Notes under the pieces: model-generated | The model's database searches: none | Told to the model about the DNA's origin: nothing | Seen by the model: the letters and a program-made list of their open reading frames with translations, nothing else | Source of the DNA: a virus | Taxonomy: Duplodnaviria; Caudoviricetes | Length of the DNA: 64,000 bases | Reading direction: 5' to 3' (one strand) | Virus record (IMG/VR): IMGVR_UViG_3300021958_011004 | Coordinates: 1-64,000 of that record | Part shown: piece after piece, positions 7,633-16,811 of the stretch | How the letters are laid out: every line of letters begins with the position of its first letter | How positions within the stretch are numbered: position 1 is the first letter of the stretch | Position numbers and translations under genes: made by a program

Positions 7633-8541
7633 CTACTGTGGAATAACTGCACCAGTGGCCCAGTCTATTTTTGCAAACGGGGTATAAGAACCCTCGCCCG
7701 TAATTACCCTTGTGTCTGTCCAGGCTAGTGAACCATTCAAATAAATGTTAACTGTTACTTCATTGCCACCGTAAACATCTGATGTAGACCCTGTGTAATC
7801 ATGAACAACAACAGTATAAGCGCCACCTGTCTCTGGATTGTAAATGTTAATGTTCTCTGGCCCTGTTCCAGGAATATCATCGATATCTAAAGAAGGGTCA
7901 TCAGTTGTATTTCCTTGCTGCCCCCAATCTAAACTTGTCCATCCGTTTGGAGTACAATTAGCATAATAGCAATCTTTGTTTGTCGTTTTTGCAGACTGCC
8001 AGTTTTCACCTGGCGCAATTAAATGCAAATCCATATCTTCGTCAGGATACTGCCAAAACATCTCAACCCACAAATTCTGTGCGGGAATTGCGCTCAATGT
8101 AACTTCACAAGAATCAGTTAACCCTTCTTGATTTGTTACAACTAATCGACCTACATAATCTCCTGCCATCTCAGGTAAAAAATTATTAACAACTGCTGCG
8201 TTATTTCCAATCATTACAGCACTCGATCCCTCGGGCTGAGAGATTAAACTCCAGTTGTAACTAGCTAGGGGTTCACCATCTTGGTCATACGAAGCAGTTC
8301 CATCCCATGTCGCAGTCTCAAATGGAGGTTGCACAGGATTTGGAGAAACACCACAAACTGCAACGGGTCTCATTGGGTCAACATAACCTGTTTCTTCAAT
8401 TGAAGAATCTAAATATTGTGTATCGCTGGTGTCTTGTGTATCAATAATAGAAACGCTAGTATCTCGACCTAAGAATATTCCTTCGTCCTTTGGTTTTAAG
8501 TCGTAATCAGAGCACGACATTAATAAAGATAATAAGAACAT
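7633..8541 (-). CDS. lipoprotein with PKD-like domain and YfaP/DUF2135-like C-terminal domain
   Basis: Lipobox LLMS-C; DGTASYDQDG...YNWSL; DMDLHL...DDIPGTGPENI. Confidence 0.75.
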   Translation of the reverse strand: MFLLSLLMSCSDYDLKPKDEGIFLGRDTSVSIIDTQDTSDTQYLDSSIEETGYVDPMRPVAVCGVSPNPVQPPFETATWDGTASYDQDGEPLASYNWSLISQPEGSSAVMIGNNAAVVNNFLPEMAGDYVGRLVVTNQEGLTDSCEVTLSAIPAQNLWVEMFWQYPDEDMDLHLIAPGENWQSAKTTNKDCYYANCTPNGWTSLDWGQQGNTTDDPSLDIDDIPGTGPENINIYNPETGGAYTVVVHDYTGSTSDVYGGNEVTVNIYLNGSLAWTDTRVITGEGSYTPFAKIDWATGAVIPQ

Positions 8542-8571
8542 TTAATCCCCTCCCCCTGAATATAATAGTAA

Positions 8572-9666
8572 TTATTTAACAAAAACTGAATTGAATTGTT
8601 GTGTGCATCTAACAAACGTAGTACACTTACTTAACTGCTTGAGTGTCGGAGCTCCAACATAAGTACAAGTTGAACGCAAACCACCTAGAATGTCAGAGAT
8701 TGTATCAGCAACTTTTCCTTTGTATGGGACCTCTACAGTCCTACCTTCTGATGAACGATAATCTGCAACACCACCATTATGCTTTTTCATCGCCGTATCT
8801 GATGACATACCATAAAACTGAATAAACATTTTATCTTCTTGTTTAGGTCCTAAGTCTTCTTCACAGAAGAAGTCTAATCTTCTTTCTCCTGTTTGAAACC
8901 TACGTACTTTAATCTCACCGCCGCCTTCATCATGACCTGCAAGCATTCCACCTAACATCACAAAGTCTGCACCAGCTGCAAAAGCTTTTGCAACATCTCC
9001 AGGACATGTACAACCGCCATCAGCAATGACATGTCCTCCTAAACCATGCGCTGCATCAGCACATTCAATAACAGCTGAAAGTTGTGGATAACCAACTCCT
9101 GTTTGTATTCTAGTGGTACAGACAGATCCTGGACCTATACCAACCTTGACAACATCTGCACCAGCTAGAATCAGCTCCTGCGTCATATCGGCTGTAACTA
9201 CATTTCCAGCAATAATGTTTTTGTCAGGAAAATCTTTTCGAACTGTTCGAACAAAATCGACAAAGTGCTCTGAATAACCGTTTGCTATATCAATACAAAT
9301 CCAGCTAAGATTGTTCGTTGCAATTATTTCTTTTGCCCTTTCATATTCTTTTAAGTTTGTTCCTATGCTTATCGCAACATGGTCTAGACTTATTTGACCA
9401 AACTGGTTGTACCAATCCTTTGGTGTGTTTTGTTTTGTGATGCAAGTAAATAAATCCAGTTTTGATAATTCATGAGCCATGTTGAATGTTCCGACGCCAT
9501 CCATGTTTGCAGCCATGATCGGTATTCCTGACCAAAAGTTACCACTATTTCTAAACTTAAATTTCCTTCGTAAATCAACATCTTTTCTACTTTTGAGTGT
9601 ACTACGCTTGGGTTGAATTAAAACGTCTTTATAGTCTAGTTTAACTTCATTTATTATTCTCATCAA
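8572..9666 (-). CDS. guaC: GMP reductase
   Basis: [54 protein letters not shown]. Confidence 0.95.
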   Translation of the reverse strand: MMRIINEVKLDYKDVLIQPKRSTLKSRKDVDLRRKFKFRNSGNFWSGIPIMAANMDGVGTFNMAHELSKLDLFTCITKQNTPKDWYNQFGQISLDHVAISIGTNLKEYERAKEIIATNNLSWICIDIANGYSEHFVDFVRTVRKDFPDKNIIAGNVVTADMTQELILAGADVVKVGIGPGSVCTTRIQTGVGYPQLSAVIECADAAHGLGGHVIADGGCTCPGDVAKAFAAGADFVMLGGMLAGHDEGGGEIKVRRFQTGERRLDFFCEEDLGPKQEDKMFIQFYGMSSDTAMKKHNGGVADYRSSEGRTVEVPYKGKVADTISDILGGLRSTCTYVGAPTLKQLSKCTTFVRCTQQFNSVFVK

Positions 9667-9919
9667 CGTCCTCTTCTTCGGTTTTTAAGTTTAAATTAAA
9701 TGTCTTGATGAAACCTAACACAGCACTAATCTTATAGACATTTGTAGCTTTTTCAAAGATAGTTGAATTGATTGAATAGTAATTATCAATTCCTTTATCG
9801 TTAATTGTCTTGATTAGTTCTTCAGTGTGTTTAACAACTGATTGAGCATTAAGTAGCAAGTCTTTTACTAATTGCATTTGAACATCAAATGTTTCAGTTT
9901 CATTTTTTGTTTTCATCAA
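9647..9919 (-). CDS. hypothetical protein
   Basis: ORF track; GAGG SD. Confidence 0.65.
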   Translation of the reverse strand: MMKTKNETETFDVQMQLVKDLLLNAQSVVKHTEELIKTINDKGIDNYYSINSTIFEKATNVYKISAVLGFIKTFNLNLKTEEEDVDENNK

Positions 9920-10067
9920 TTACCTCAATGTCAACTATACTGAGAGTTTCTGGTTTATACAAACCAGGTTTCAAAAAAACAACTGTTGCCCATTTTTCTT
10001 CTTGATTAATGTCAATAAGCACGCCTTTCTTTTTCTTTTTGCATAATACAATGTCACCTATTTTCAT
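9900..10067 (-). CDS. 55-aa hypothetical protein (GDIV motif; below ORF-track cutoff)
   Basis: Manual translation MKIGDIVLCKKKKKGVLIDINQEEKWATVVF...; GAGG SD. Confidence 0.6.
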   Translation of the reverse strand: MKIGDIVLCKKKKKGVLIDINQEEKWATVVFLKPGLYKPETLSIVDIEVIDENKK

Positions 10068-10287
10068 TTTTTACCTCTAATTTTTTATCCCACCACCCTT
10101 CAAAAAAGTAGTGAATTATTGTCATCGAAATGCCAAGTACAACTGTTAGTTCTAATGATTTAGTTGCGCTGCCCAAATAGAAGTAAGCTATTAGCCATGA
10201 GAATAAAATTGATAATATTCTCCATACTATCACTTTCTTTAATTTATCATTCAATTTTCTTTCCTCAGATTTTAAACTTAGAAACAA
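10054..10287 (-). CDS. small membrane protein (DUF2061-like)
   Basis: IVWRILS...TIIHYFFEGWWDK with two TM segments. Confidence 0.6.
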   Translation of the reverse strand: MFLSLKSEERKLNDKLKKVIVWRILSILFSWLIAYFYLGSATKSLELTVVLGISMTIIHYFFEGWWDKKLEVKNENR

Positions 10288-10492
10288 TCACCAAGTCTTT
10301 TTCAGCTGTTTCCTCATAAAGCTTTTCACAGGGTCTCATATCACAGCCTCTATCACAATCATACACAAACCATAAAATCTTAAAACAAGTGTGCTCATTA
10401 ATACTTTTGTCTTTATCTAAGACTAATCCAATATAGTCTTTGCTCCACCAGAGCCTAACAATGTCACCCGTTCTTATCATTGTTTTAAGCAC
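10265..10492 (-). CDS. small hypothetical protein (GDIV motif)
   Basis: IRTGDIVRL...IGLVLD. Confidence 0.6.
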   Translation of the reverse strand: MLKTMIRTGDIVRLWWSKDYIGLVLDKDKSINEHTCFKILWFVYDCDRGCDMRPCEKLYEETAEKDLVIVSKFKI

Positions 10493-10507
10493 GATCCTTC
10501 AAACAAT

Positions 10508-10533
10508 AAAAAACCAGCACGAAGCTGGTTTTT
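10508..10533. terminator. intrinsic terminator (possibly bidirectional)
   Basis: AAAAAACCAGC-ACGAA-GCTGGTTTTT. Confidence 0.7.
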
Positions 10534-10554
10534 AAAGCTTAACATAATATCAAA

Positions 10555-11007
10555 CTAACGTCTGATTCTTCTTTGTTTTCTTCTTCTTAGCGACTCAGAC
10601 ATATAATCCATCGGAAAAATCAGTTTCTGACATTTAGCAACAACACTCCTACCGAGCTTAGTCGCATAATCATCACCTAAAGTCTCGGCATCCGAAAGCA
10701 AGTCTTTGTTAGGATCGAATATATATTCCTCGCCAGTAATTTTGTTTGTAAGTTCTACATCACCATCATCATCAATTGAAACTATAATCGCAATAGTATC
10801 TTCAGTTTCGTAATCATATACCAAAATGTTTTCAGCATTTTCCTGTCCATCTTGAATATTTATCGTTTCTAATCCCTGATCTTTACAATCTTCGATTATT
10901 GCGGATGCAATTTGATATGAATAAGAATTAACACGAGCGTGTGTATAACTACTATCATACATCTCTTTTAAAATCATTTTTCTTAATTGTTTTCTTGATA
11001 ATTTCAT
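10555..11007 (-). CDS. hypothetical protein with MKLSRKQLRKMILKE leader
   Basis: Member of the leader family. Confidence 0.8.
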   Translation of the reverse strand: MKLSRKQLRKMILKEMYDSSYTHARVNSYSYQIASAIIEDCKDQGLETINIQDGQENAENILVYDYETEDTIAIIVSIDDDGDVELTNKITGEEYIFDPNKDLLSDAETLGDDYATKLGRSVVAKCQKLIFPMDYMSESLRRRKQRRIRR

Positions 11008-11087
11008 CTTTTAATTCTCCACAAAAGCTTTTGTATAGTTTTAATTATAATCTATGAAAATAAAGTTCTATCTCTGCAATAAAAAAA

Positions 11088-11125
11088 TGGACCCTCAAGG
11101 ACTTGAACCTTGGACCTGCCGATTA
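11088..11125 (-). pseudogene. isolated 3' half of a tRNA (anticodon loop TAA to discriminator)
   Basis: TAA-TCGGC-AGGTC-CAAGG-TTCAAGT-CCTTG-AGGGTCC-A; acceptor strand complements GGACCCT at 11905-11911. Confidence 0.75.
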
Positions 11126-11767
11126 GTATAGGTGATTGTGTATCTCATAAGTCCCTTTTTTAATTTTGTTGATTTCATTTTTTTTAATGACAATTAAGTT
11201 TTCTACAACTTCCCACTTGGCCAAATCTTTTTCTGTCTGATATCCTTTAACTTCAACATATCGATCAAACTCAGGAAGATAAAAGTCAGGATAATAACTT
11301 CTTTCTTTTCCTTCGTAAATATACGAAAATGATTCTACCTTATTAGTCCATTTAATTCCTTTAGAGTCTAAATATTTTGCAGTTAACAGTTCCCATGTGC
11401 CTCTAAGACTAAATCCTTTATGTTCGTATATTTTGGTCCTTCCGCCCTTATTTCCATGGCGATATGACTCAGGATTGTTTTTTGCAACTTCAGACATAAT
11501 TTTACTATGATTTTCTTTTCTATCTTTAGACCAAGTTTTCCCTTTGTTGCTTTTTGACAATTTCTCTCTTGTTTCTTTTGAAACTTTAAAGTTTGGATTT
11601 TTTGTAAATTGATTATTTGTTTTCTTCCCGTACATGGGATTATTTTTTCCTTTTCTTCTGGTAGCTGGATGAGCAACAGAATTTGGGTTTAATTTGCAGT
11701 ACCCTTTATGACTGCTAAGTGCATTAATCGTTTTATATTCTTTAGAACAAAATTGACAGATTTCCAT
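11123..11767 (-). CDS. homing-endonuclease-like protein (Zn-finger + NUMOD3 + PD-(D/E)XK nuclease)
   Basis: CQFC..H..YC; NPMYGKK and SKETREKLSKSNKGK; WELLTAKYLD...YYPDFYL...VEVKG; GGAG SD before M36. Confidence 0.85.
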   Translation of the reverse strand: MEICQFCSKEYKTINALSSHKGYCKLNPNSVAHPATRRKGKNNPMYGKKTNNQFTKNPNFKVSKETREKLSKSNKGKTWSKDRKENHSKIMSEVAKNNPESYRHGNKGGRTKIYEHKGFSLRGTWELLTAKYLDSKGIKWTNKVESFSYIYEGKERSYYPDFYLPEFDRYVEVKGYQTEKDLAKWEVVENLIVIKKNEINKIKKGTYEIHNHLY

Positions 11768-11847
11768 GTGTAACTCCTGATATATCTTATATAAGTATAT
11801 ACCATTTAAGTTAACTGCTCTAACCTTTAGAAAATAAATTGAAAGAG

Positions 11848-11911
11848 TAGACAGGGTGGGGATTGAACCCACGACCCCGGAGTTATGAGCTCCTCACTGA
11901 GCTAAGGGTCC
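11848..11911 (-). pseudogene. chimeric/degenerate CAU tRNA (5' start of one tRNA fused to the anticodon and T arms of another)
   Basis: GGACCCTTAGCTCAGTGA-GGAG-CTCATAA-CTCC-GGGGTC-GTGGG-TTCAATC-CCCAC-CCTGTCT-A; acceptor mismatched, D-arm truncated. Confidence 0.7.
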
Positions 11912-11920
11912 AAAAAAGAA

Positions 11921-11994
<74 letters not shown>

Positions 11995-12038
11995 ATAAGT
12001 TTTTTGTTTTTAAAAGAACGTTTTATTTAATTGTTTAT

Positions 12039-12067
12039 ATTATACCAAACAAAACAATGTATTACAT
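12039..12067 (-). promoter_or_regulatory. promoter ATGTAA-N17-TATAAT
   Basis: Consensus match upstream of tRNA-Arg. Confidence 0.65.
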
Positions 12068-12070
12068 GTT

Positions 12071-12514
12071 TTATTTTAAAAGTTTCCCATAAAGATACCA
12101 TAAATTGTCTCGTATCTTTGTAGGTTTGCTAACCTCAAGAAGATTTCTTTTGTCACAAATTGCTGAAAGATAGCTAGCTGATCGTCGCTCAACTTTTTCT
12201 TTTGTATTTGCTGTTACAGAAAAAGATAAGTTGTCACAACATCTTTCAAACCATATATCTGTTGATTTCCACAAAGACCAGTCCTCTGAAAGTTTGAAGT
12301 ATTTATCGGGTCTTTCATGAACTTTAAGAGCGATTAATATATTAATAAACTTCTCTAACTCTTTACCCTTTGAAACAGGTTCTTTTGTTATCCAACACTC
12401 ACCAGAACTGCTTCTAACCTCAATCTTGGCTTTGTGCCATCCATTACTATGGACACGATAACAGTATTGTTGAATACTGCCTGACAACGTGTAGGGCTGT
12501 AATTCTAAGTTCAT
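12071..12514 (-). CDS. hypothetical protein
   Basis: ORF track; ATGA coupling. Confidence 0.65.
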   Translation of the reverse strand: MNLELQPYTLSGSIQQYCYRVHSNGWHKAKIEVRSSSGECWITKEPVSKGKELEKFINILIALKVHERPDKYFKLSEDWSLWKSTDIWFERCCDNLSFSVTANTKEKVERRSASYLSAICDKRNLLEVSKPTKIRDNLWYLYGKLLK

Positions 12515-12744
12515 ATAATCTTTTTAATCCTGGGTTTAAACTTTGTAACTAGCTTGCCTTTTGAATTGTAAGTTCTTAAGTCTTCATGATTGACTGGATG
12601 TTTAAAAAGAGAAAGTGGGTCTTTTTTATCACGTTCACATTCAATAACTTCTTCAATTGAACGCTCAATGATTACACCATTGACATAATCAACATAAACT
12701 CTGTGCCAGTTTTTAGGATTGGTCTTGTTTATCTTATCGGCCAT
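12511..12744 (-). CDS. hypothetical protein
   Basis: ORF track. Confidence 0.6.
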   Translation of the reverse strand: MADKINKTNPKNWHRVYVDYVNGVIIERSIEEVIECERDKKDPLSLFKHPVNHEDLRTYNSKGKLVTKFKPRIKKII

Positions 12745-13382
12745 GACTTAAAGTCTTTATTCTTTTTCTTGATAGGTTTTTTAATATGAGAATCCATGTC
12801 TTCTGGTTCTTCAATATCTCCTATCCCTGGAAAATGATATACATTCTTCTTAAGCCCGCTTGCTGTTACTTCTATTGATTTATAAAACGCCTGTTTTTCT
12901 TCAGGGTTATCAAACTGACTAGATTTAATTGCTGCCTCAAGATGTTTTGTCTTATCCAGATAGTCTTGCATATTTTCTGTCTCGTTACCCGTTAGTCTTG
13001 TTTCTTCGTTGTTAGCTTCTTTCCAAGTTTCATTGAAGATTACTAGACCCACAACAAGCCATCCTAGACTTTTAGCTTCTACAGAATCCATGTCAATTAT
13101 TGTTGATTCAGCTAATGTTTTAAGAAACACTCTGTTTTCTTCTTCTAGTTCTAATGCAACTATTTCAGTGTTTTCATATGAAACAATAATAGTTGTGTCA
13201 TCAACCAATTCAGACCAAAATTCATTTTCAGAAGAATTAATAAAATCATCAAGCGATTGAAAATAGAAGAATTTTGCATCATCATCTAAGGTTGCAGATT
13301 TAGAAAGCTCCAACCCGTTTAGCAAGATTTCCATGAATTCTTCACGAGAGATTTGTAGTTGAACTTGTTTTGTTTCAGTCAT
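12729..13382 (-). CDS. hypothetical acidic protein
   Basis: 217-aa ORF; GGAGG SD; promoter upstream. Confidence 0.75.
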   Translation of the reverse strand: MTETKQVQLQISREEFMEILLNGLELSKSATLDDDAKFFYFQSLDDFINSSENEFWSELVDDTTIIVSYENTEIVALELEEENRVFLKTLAESTIIDMDSVEAKSLGWLVVGLVIFNETWKEANNEETRLTGNETENMQDYLDKTKHLEAAIKSSQFDNPEEKQAFYKSIEVTASGLKKNVYHFPGIGDIEEPEDMDSHIKKPIKKKNKDFKSWPIR

Positions 13383-13402
13383 TTAATTTCCTCCATGTTT
13401 TT

Positions 13403-13431
13403 ATTATAACTTTTAAATTACAATTTTGCAT
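13403..13431 (-). promoter_or_regulatory. promoter ATGCAA-N17-TATAAT
   Basis: Consensus match. Confidence 0.65.
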
Positions 13432-13439
13432 GCAAGGAA

Positions 13440-14027
13440 CTAACTGTGAATCTTGCTAACTATATTCCAGAAAACTTCTCTACAATCTTCTGCATCTTTA
13501 AGAGCTTCATGATTACCTTCAGTTGATATATCAAAATGTTCTCTAATTGCATCTAGATTTTGGCGTTCAGTTGGTAACGTAACAAAAGAAAGCGCACAAG
13601 TATCAATTAGAGGATAACCAATTTTATAGATGTTGTTATCTAAATCTAGTCTTCCACCCAAATCTGTTTCACGCCATCCATATCTTGATAGAACTGCACG
13701 AATGTGCGATATATCAAAATTAATGTTATGAGCAACTATAGGTCCCCAAGCTAGCGCTTCGGCAATCTTTGGAGCAACTTCATCAAAAGTAGGAGCATCA
13801 GACCACTCTTCTTCATTGTAACGACAAATCTCTAGAGCTTCTTTAGAAGCAAACTTTAACTCAACTGATTTTGGCTTAATCTTTGTTGACCATACTTCTT
13901 GTTTGTTACCATCACCCATCCAGTCTTTAATAACTGCGATTGAAAGAATTGCACTTCTTGACGGGTCAAGGTTAGTTGTTTCAATATCAATAAAGGTTAC
14001 AGTCTTACAGTTTGTTATGTTGCTCAT
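13440..14027 (-). CDS. DEDDh 3'-5' exonuclease (DnaQ-like)
   Basis: FIDIETT, AHNINFD, HEALKDAED. Confidence 0.88.
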   Translation of the reverse strand: MSNITNCKTVTFIDIETTNLDPSRSAILSIAVIKDWMGDGNKQEVWSTKIKPKSVELKFASKEALEICRYNEEEWSDAPTFDEVAPKIAEALAWGPIVAHNINFDISHIRAVLSRYGWRETDLGGRLDLDNNIYKIGYPLIDTCALSFVTLPTERQNLDAIREHFDISTEGNHEALKDAEDCREVFWNIVSKIHS

Positions 14028-14030
14028 TTG

Positions 14031-14333
14031 TTATACTCCGTCACAATCATCATTGTCATCATTATCATTACTGCTGTTATAGGGACTAAATAAGTCAGGG
14101 TCATCTGTTTTGTCATCATCAAACCAACCCCACATATCATCCTCTACTTGGTCATTATACGCATCTGCAAGTCTTTTTACAAATTCATAACCTGACATTT
14201 TATCCATTTGTATTTCAGTGTTGCCATAATCGTTAATAATTCTAAACTTGTCACCGTCTCTTTCAAGGTGAAATACTTCTGAAGAACCATTGCCATTATT
14301 AACATTCCAACTTCTTATTCTTTTCCAAGCCAT
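14031..14333 (-). CDS. hypothetical protein
   Basis: ORF track; operonic spacing. Confidence 0.7.
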   Translation of the reverse strand: MAWKRIRSWNVNNGNGSSEVFHLERDGDKFRIINDYGNTEIQMDKMSGYEFVKRLADAYNDQVEDDMWGWFDDDKTDDPDLFSPYNSSNDNDDNDDCDGV

Positions 14334-14336
14334 TGA

Positions 14337-14657
14337 CTAATCCTTAATACTTTCAAATGCTTCTTTAATTGCTTCACATTTTTTAAAGCCACTCAATCTT
14401 TTCTTTTCAATATACACACCGTCTTCTCGCTTTAAAAAGACAAGTGTAGGAACTGCTCGGATTTGAAATTCACTAGAAAGAGCATTGTAATCTTCGATGT
14501 TAACTTTAAAAACTTCAATATCAGAGTTTCTTTCGGAAAAGTTTTCTAGTTCTGGTGTCATTCTCTTACATGGCCCACACCAGCTTGCATAGAAATCAAC
14601 AAGACAATAATCTTTCTTTAAGTCGTCTCTGAAATTCTCATTTAAAATGTCTTTCAT
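14337..14657 (-). CDS. trxA: thioredoxin
   Basis: VDFYASWCGPCK...IRAVPTLVF. Confidence 0.92.
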   Translation of the reverse strand: MKDILNENFRDDLKKDYCLVDFYASWCGPCKRMTPELENFSERNSDIEVFKVNIEDYNALSSEFQIRAVPTLVFLKREDGVYIEKKRLSGFKKCEAIKEAFESIKD

Positions 14658-14660
14658 TTT

Positions 14661-14852
14661 TTATTCCTTTTTTATTTTTTCAATGAACTCTGATGCATTG
14701 CCTTTACAAACAATGGTTCCAAAGTTGTTTGTTCTTATCTTGAATGTGTTCTTAGTGTTCTCTTGAACAAGAATTATTTGATACACGTTGATATAATACT
14801 TTTCATTTTCTGTATTTATAACTTCAATTATTGGCAAAACTTTTGAATTCAA
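14661..14852 (-). CDS. small hypothetical protein
   Basis: ORF track. Confidence 0.6.
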   Translation of the reverse strand: MNSKVLPIIEVINTENEKYYINVYQIILVQENTKNTFKIRTNNFGTIVCKGNASEFIEKIKKE

Positions 14853-14854
14853 AA

Positions 14855-15130
14855 CTATTCTCCTATTTCTTGCAAAACTTCAAAATCATTTGACGCAACA
14901 TCAGAAACAAAATAAACATCTCTTACTCCTCCTACTGTTGCTTTTATTGAATAATGAAATTGATTATACTCAGTATCTTTTAACAAATTACATTCATCAA
15001 CAAAAATCAAATCTTGAGGAAATAAAATTATCTTTTCAATAGAATCATATTGAGGATTATTGGGATTTTCAATAATCTTTGTTCCTGTAATTTCATTACA
15101 AGCTTTTAAGATTTGTCCCTGTTTAATCAT
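14855..15130 (-). CDS. hypothetical protein
   Basis: ORF track; GGAG SD. Confidence 0.6.
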   Translation of the reverse strand: MIKQGQILKACNEITGTKIIENPNNPQYDSIEKIILFPQDLIFVDECNLLKDTEYNQFHYSIKATVGGVRDVYFVSDVASNDFEVLQEIGE

Positions 15131-15170
15131 TGTTTCTCCAACATAAAAGGATTTTATTTGTCATGTATAT

Positions 15171-15199
15171 ATTATACAAAAAAGGCGTGCAATTTGCAC
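15171..15199 (-). promoter_or_regulatory. promoter GTGCAA-N17-TATAAT overlapping the upstream terminator
   Basis: Consensus match; the -35 lies inside the hairpin. Confidence 0.6.
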
Positions 15200-15202
15200 G
15201 CC
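15178..15202 (-). terminator. intrinsic terminator
   Basis: GGCGTGCAA-A-TTGCACGCC-TTTTTT. Confidence 0.7.
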
Positions 15203-15230
15203 TTAATAAAACAACTTAAAAAACTAGAGA

Positions 15231-15458
15231 CTAATCGTCAGTAGTTTCTGTAGTGGTTTCTTCAGTTTCGGTAGTTGTAGTAGCTGCCTGAGTCTCAACA
15301 GTTGTTTCAGTTGATGTAGTCGTTACGGTTTCGTCAACTGTTCCGTGTGTATGAGTTTCTTCTGCTACTGTTTGTGTTTCTGTAGTTGTTTCTTCTGTAG
15401 TTGCAACTTCAGTCTCTGCTGGGCACGCAAAGAATAACAATGATAGTGCTAAAATCAT
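15231..15458 (-). CDS. small Thr/Glu-rich lipoprotein
   Basis: Lipobox-like LFFA-C followed by a low-complexity tail. Confidence 0.65.
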   Translation of the reverse strand: MILALSLLFFACPAETEVATTEETTTETQTVAEETHTHGTVDETVTTTSTETTVETQAATTTTETEETTTETTDD

Positions 15459-15709
15459 TATTCACCACCTGTGTCTTCTTGACCAGTTTCTTCAGCAGAG
15501 CCAGTGTCTTCTGGTTCAGACCCAGTATCTACTGGTTCGGGTTCAACACCCGTGTCTTCTGGCTCATCTGCTGGTTCTTCAGCAGTGTCTGCAGCTTCCG
15601 CTGTATCAAGTTCTTCACAATCACATGACTCTTCCTTGTCGCCACATGCTGTCAAGGTTAATAATGATAATGCACCGCCCAATGCAAGTGCTTCAATTAA
15701 TGTGCGCAT
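15458..15709 (-). CDS. small acidic lipoprotein with DTA/DTG repeats
   Basis: Lipobox LTA-C; DTAE, DTGVEPEPVDTGSEPEDTGS repeats. Confidence 0.75.
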   Translation of the reverse strand: MRTLIEALALGGALSLLTLTACGDKEESCDCEELDTAEAADTAEEPADEPEDTGVEPEPVDTGSEPEDTGSAEETGQEDTGGE

Positions 15710-15741
15710 AATCGTCTCCTTTTTTTGTATTACGCTTTCAC

Positions 15742-15765
15742 AAAAAACGCCTCTTTTAAAGGCGT
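15742..15765 (-). terminator. intrinsic terminator
   Basis: ACGCCT-TTAAAAG-AGGCGT-TTTTT on the minus strand. Confidence 0.6.
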
Positions 15766-15801
15766 CTTATAATATAACAAATTTCTGTTTTGTTTACAAA
15801 A

Positions 15802-16767
15802 CTATGATTGTTTTTTCTCATCTTTAAGTTTTGTTGGAGTTTCAGGAACAATAAAACCACTTTCTTCTTTTAACCCAGTAACATAATAGTTATTAAATCC
15901 CGGTCCGTCTATCTCTAATCTTCCGTTTCTCCAAGCAGCACTTGTTTTGTCGCTCAGATTTGTATTCGTAAGATTAATTGCAAGAACACTTAAACCACTT
16001 CCCTTGGGAGGGTCAGGATATTTTCGAGTTGTAACCCTAATACCACGCAAAGCTTTTGCATCTTCAACTAGTTTTGATATATCAACTGTATCTGCTGCCA
16101 TTATTGCTGCCTGATTTGAATCAAGTCTGTCAACGGGTATTGAAAGTAAATTGACATGATTTTGAAATGGTGGATCAAAGACACCAGGTTTAACAGAAAG
16201 CTTTATTCCTCCCACACCGGGCAAATAATAAACTGCTTCTTTTTCTGAAGCTTCAGATCCACCTTTAGGTTCTGCTTTTTTAGCAGGTTCTTTTACTTTT
16301 GAACCCATAGCAACACCAGAAGCCTGAACCATTGATGCTAAGAAATCTTTAAATTCAGCCGCTTTTGATTCATCTTTCCCACTAACAAGTTTTTCTTTTG
16401 CCTTTCCTTTAGCATCAACCTGATTAGGGTAGTTACTGAAATAAACTGCACGCATATCAGCAAGTAGTTTTCCGACACCTTTGCCCACACTAGAATCACT
16501 AGCTTTCACAGAAAAAGATTTGTTAAAAGGTTTGCCGTTCTTTGTGGGAACATCAACCTTGAGCTCGGTCATTCCTTCATCAGAGAATTTCATTGAATCC
16601 CAGTTGACTTTATATGTATAAGGATCTTCTTTGGCTCTCCTTTCCATTGCTGCAAAAGTATCGTTTTTTTCATCATAGTCATAGTATTCAGTTTTAAAAT
16701 CACCTACAGCCTCAACAATTAAAACTGATCTAATAATTTTTCTTAATTGAGACTCTGTTAGTTTCAT
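15802..16767 (-). CDS. hypothetical protein with MKLTESQLRKIIRSVLIVE leader
   Basis: Member of the leader family. Confidence 0.8.
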   Translation of the reverse strand: MKLTESQLRKIIRSVLIVEAVGDFKTEYYDYDEKNDTFAAMERRAKEDPYTYKVNWDSMKFSDEGMTELKVDVPTKNGKPFNKSFSVKASDSSVGKGVGKLLADMRAVYFSNYPNQVDAKGKAKEKLVSGKDESKAAEFKDFLASMVQASGVAMGSKVKEPAKKAEPKGGSEASEKEAVYYLPGVGGIKLSVKPGVFDPPFQNHVNLLSIPVDRLDSNQAAIMAADTVDISKLVEDAKALRGIRVTTRKYPDPPKGSGLSVLAINLTNTNLSDKTSAAWRNGRLEIDGPGFNNYYVTGLKEESGFIVPETPTKLKDEKKQS

Positions 16768-16811
16768 CTTCTTCTCCGTTACTTTTTAATATATATTACT
16801 CAAAAAGTTGA

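Noticed and set aside
11123-11897. Group II intron explanation for the split tRNA (insert begins GTGAG and ends ...ATAC)
   Set aside because: No domain V hairpin, no RT ORF, and removing the insert does not restore the anticodon stem. It does not end in G, so it is not group I either.
15231-15709. Tandem DNA repeat element
   Set aside because: The repetition is low-complexity coding sequence (DTG/ETT) of two lipoproteins, not an independent repeat.
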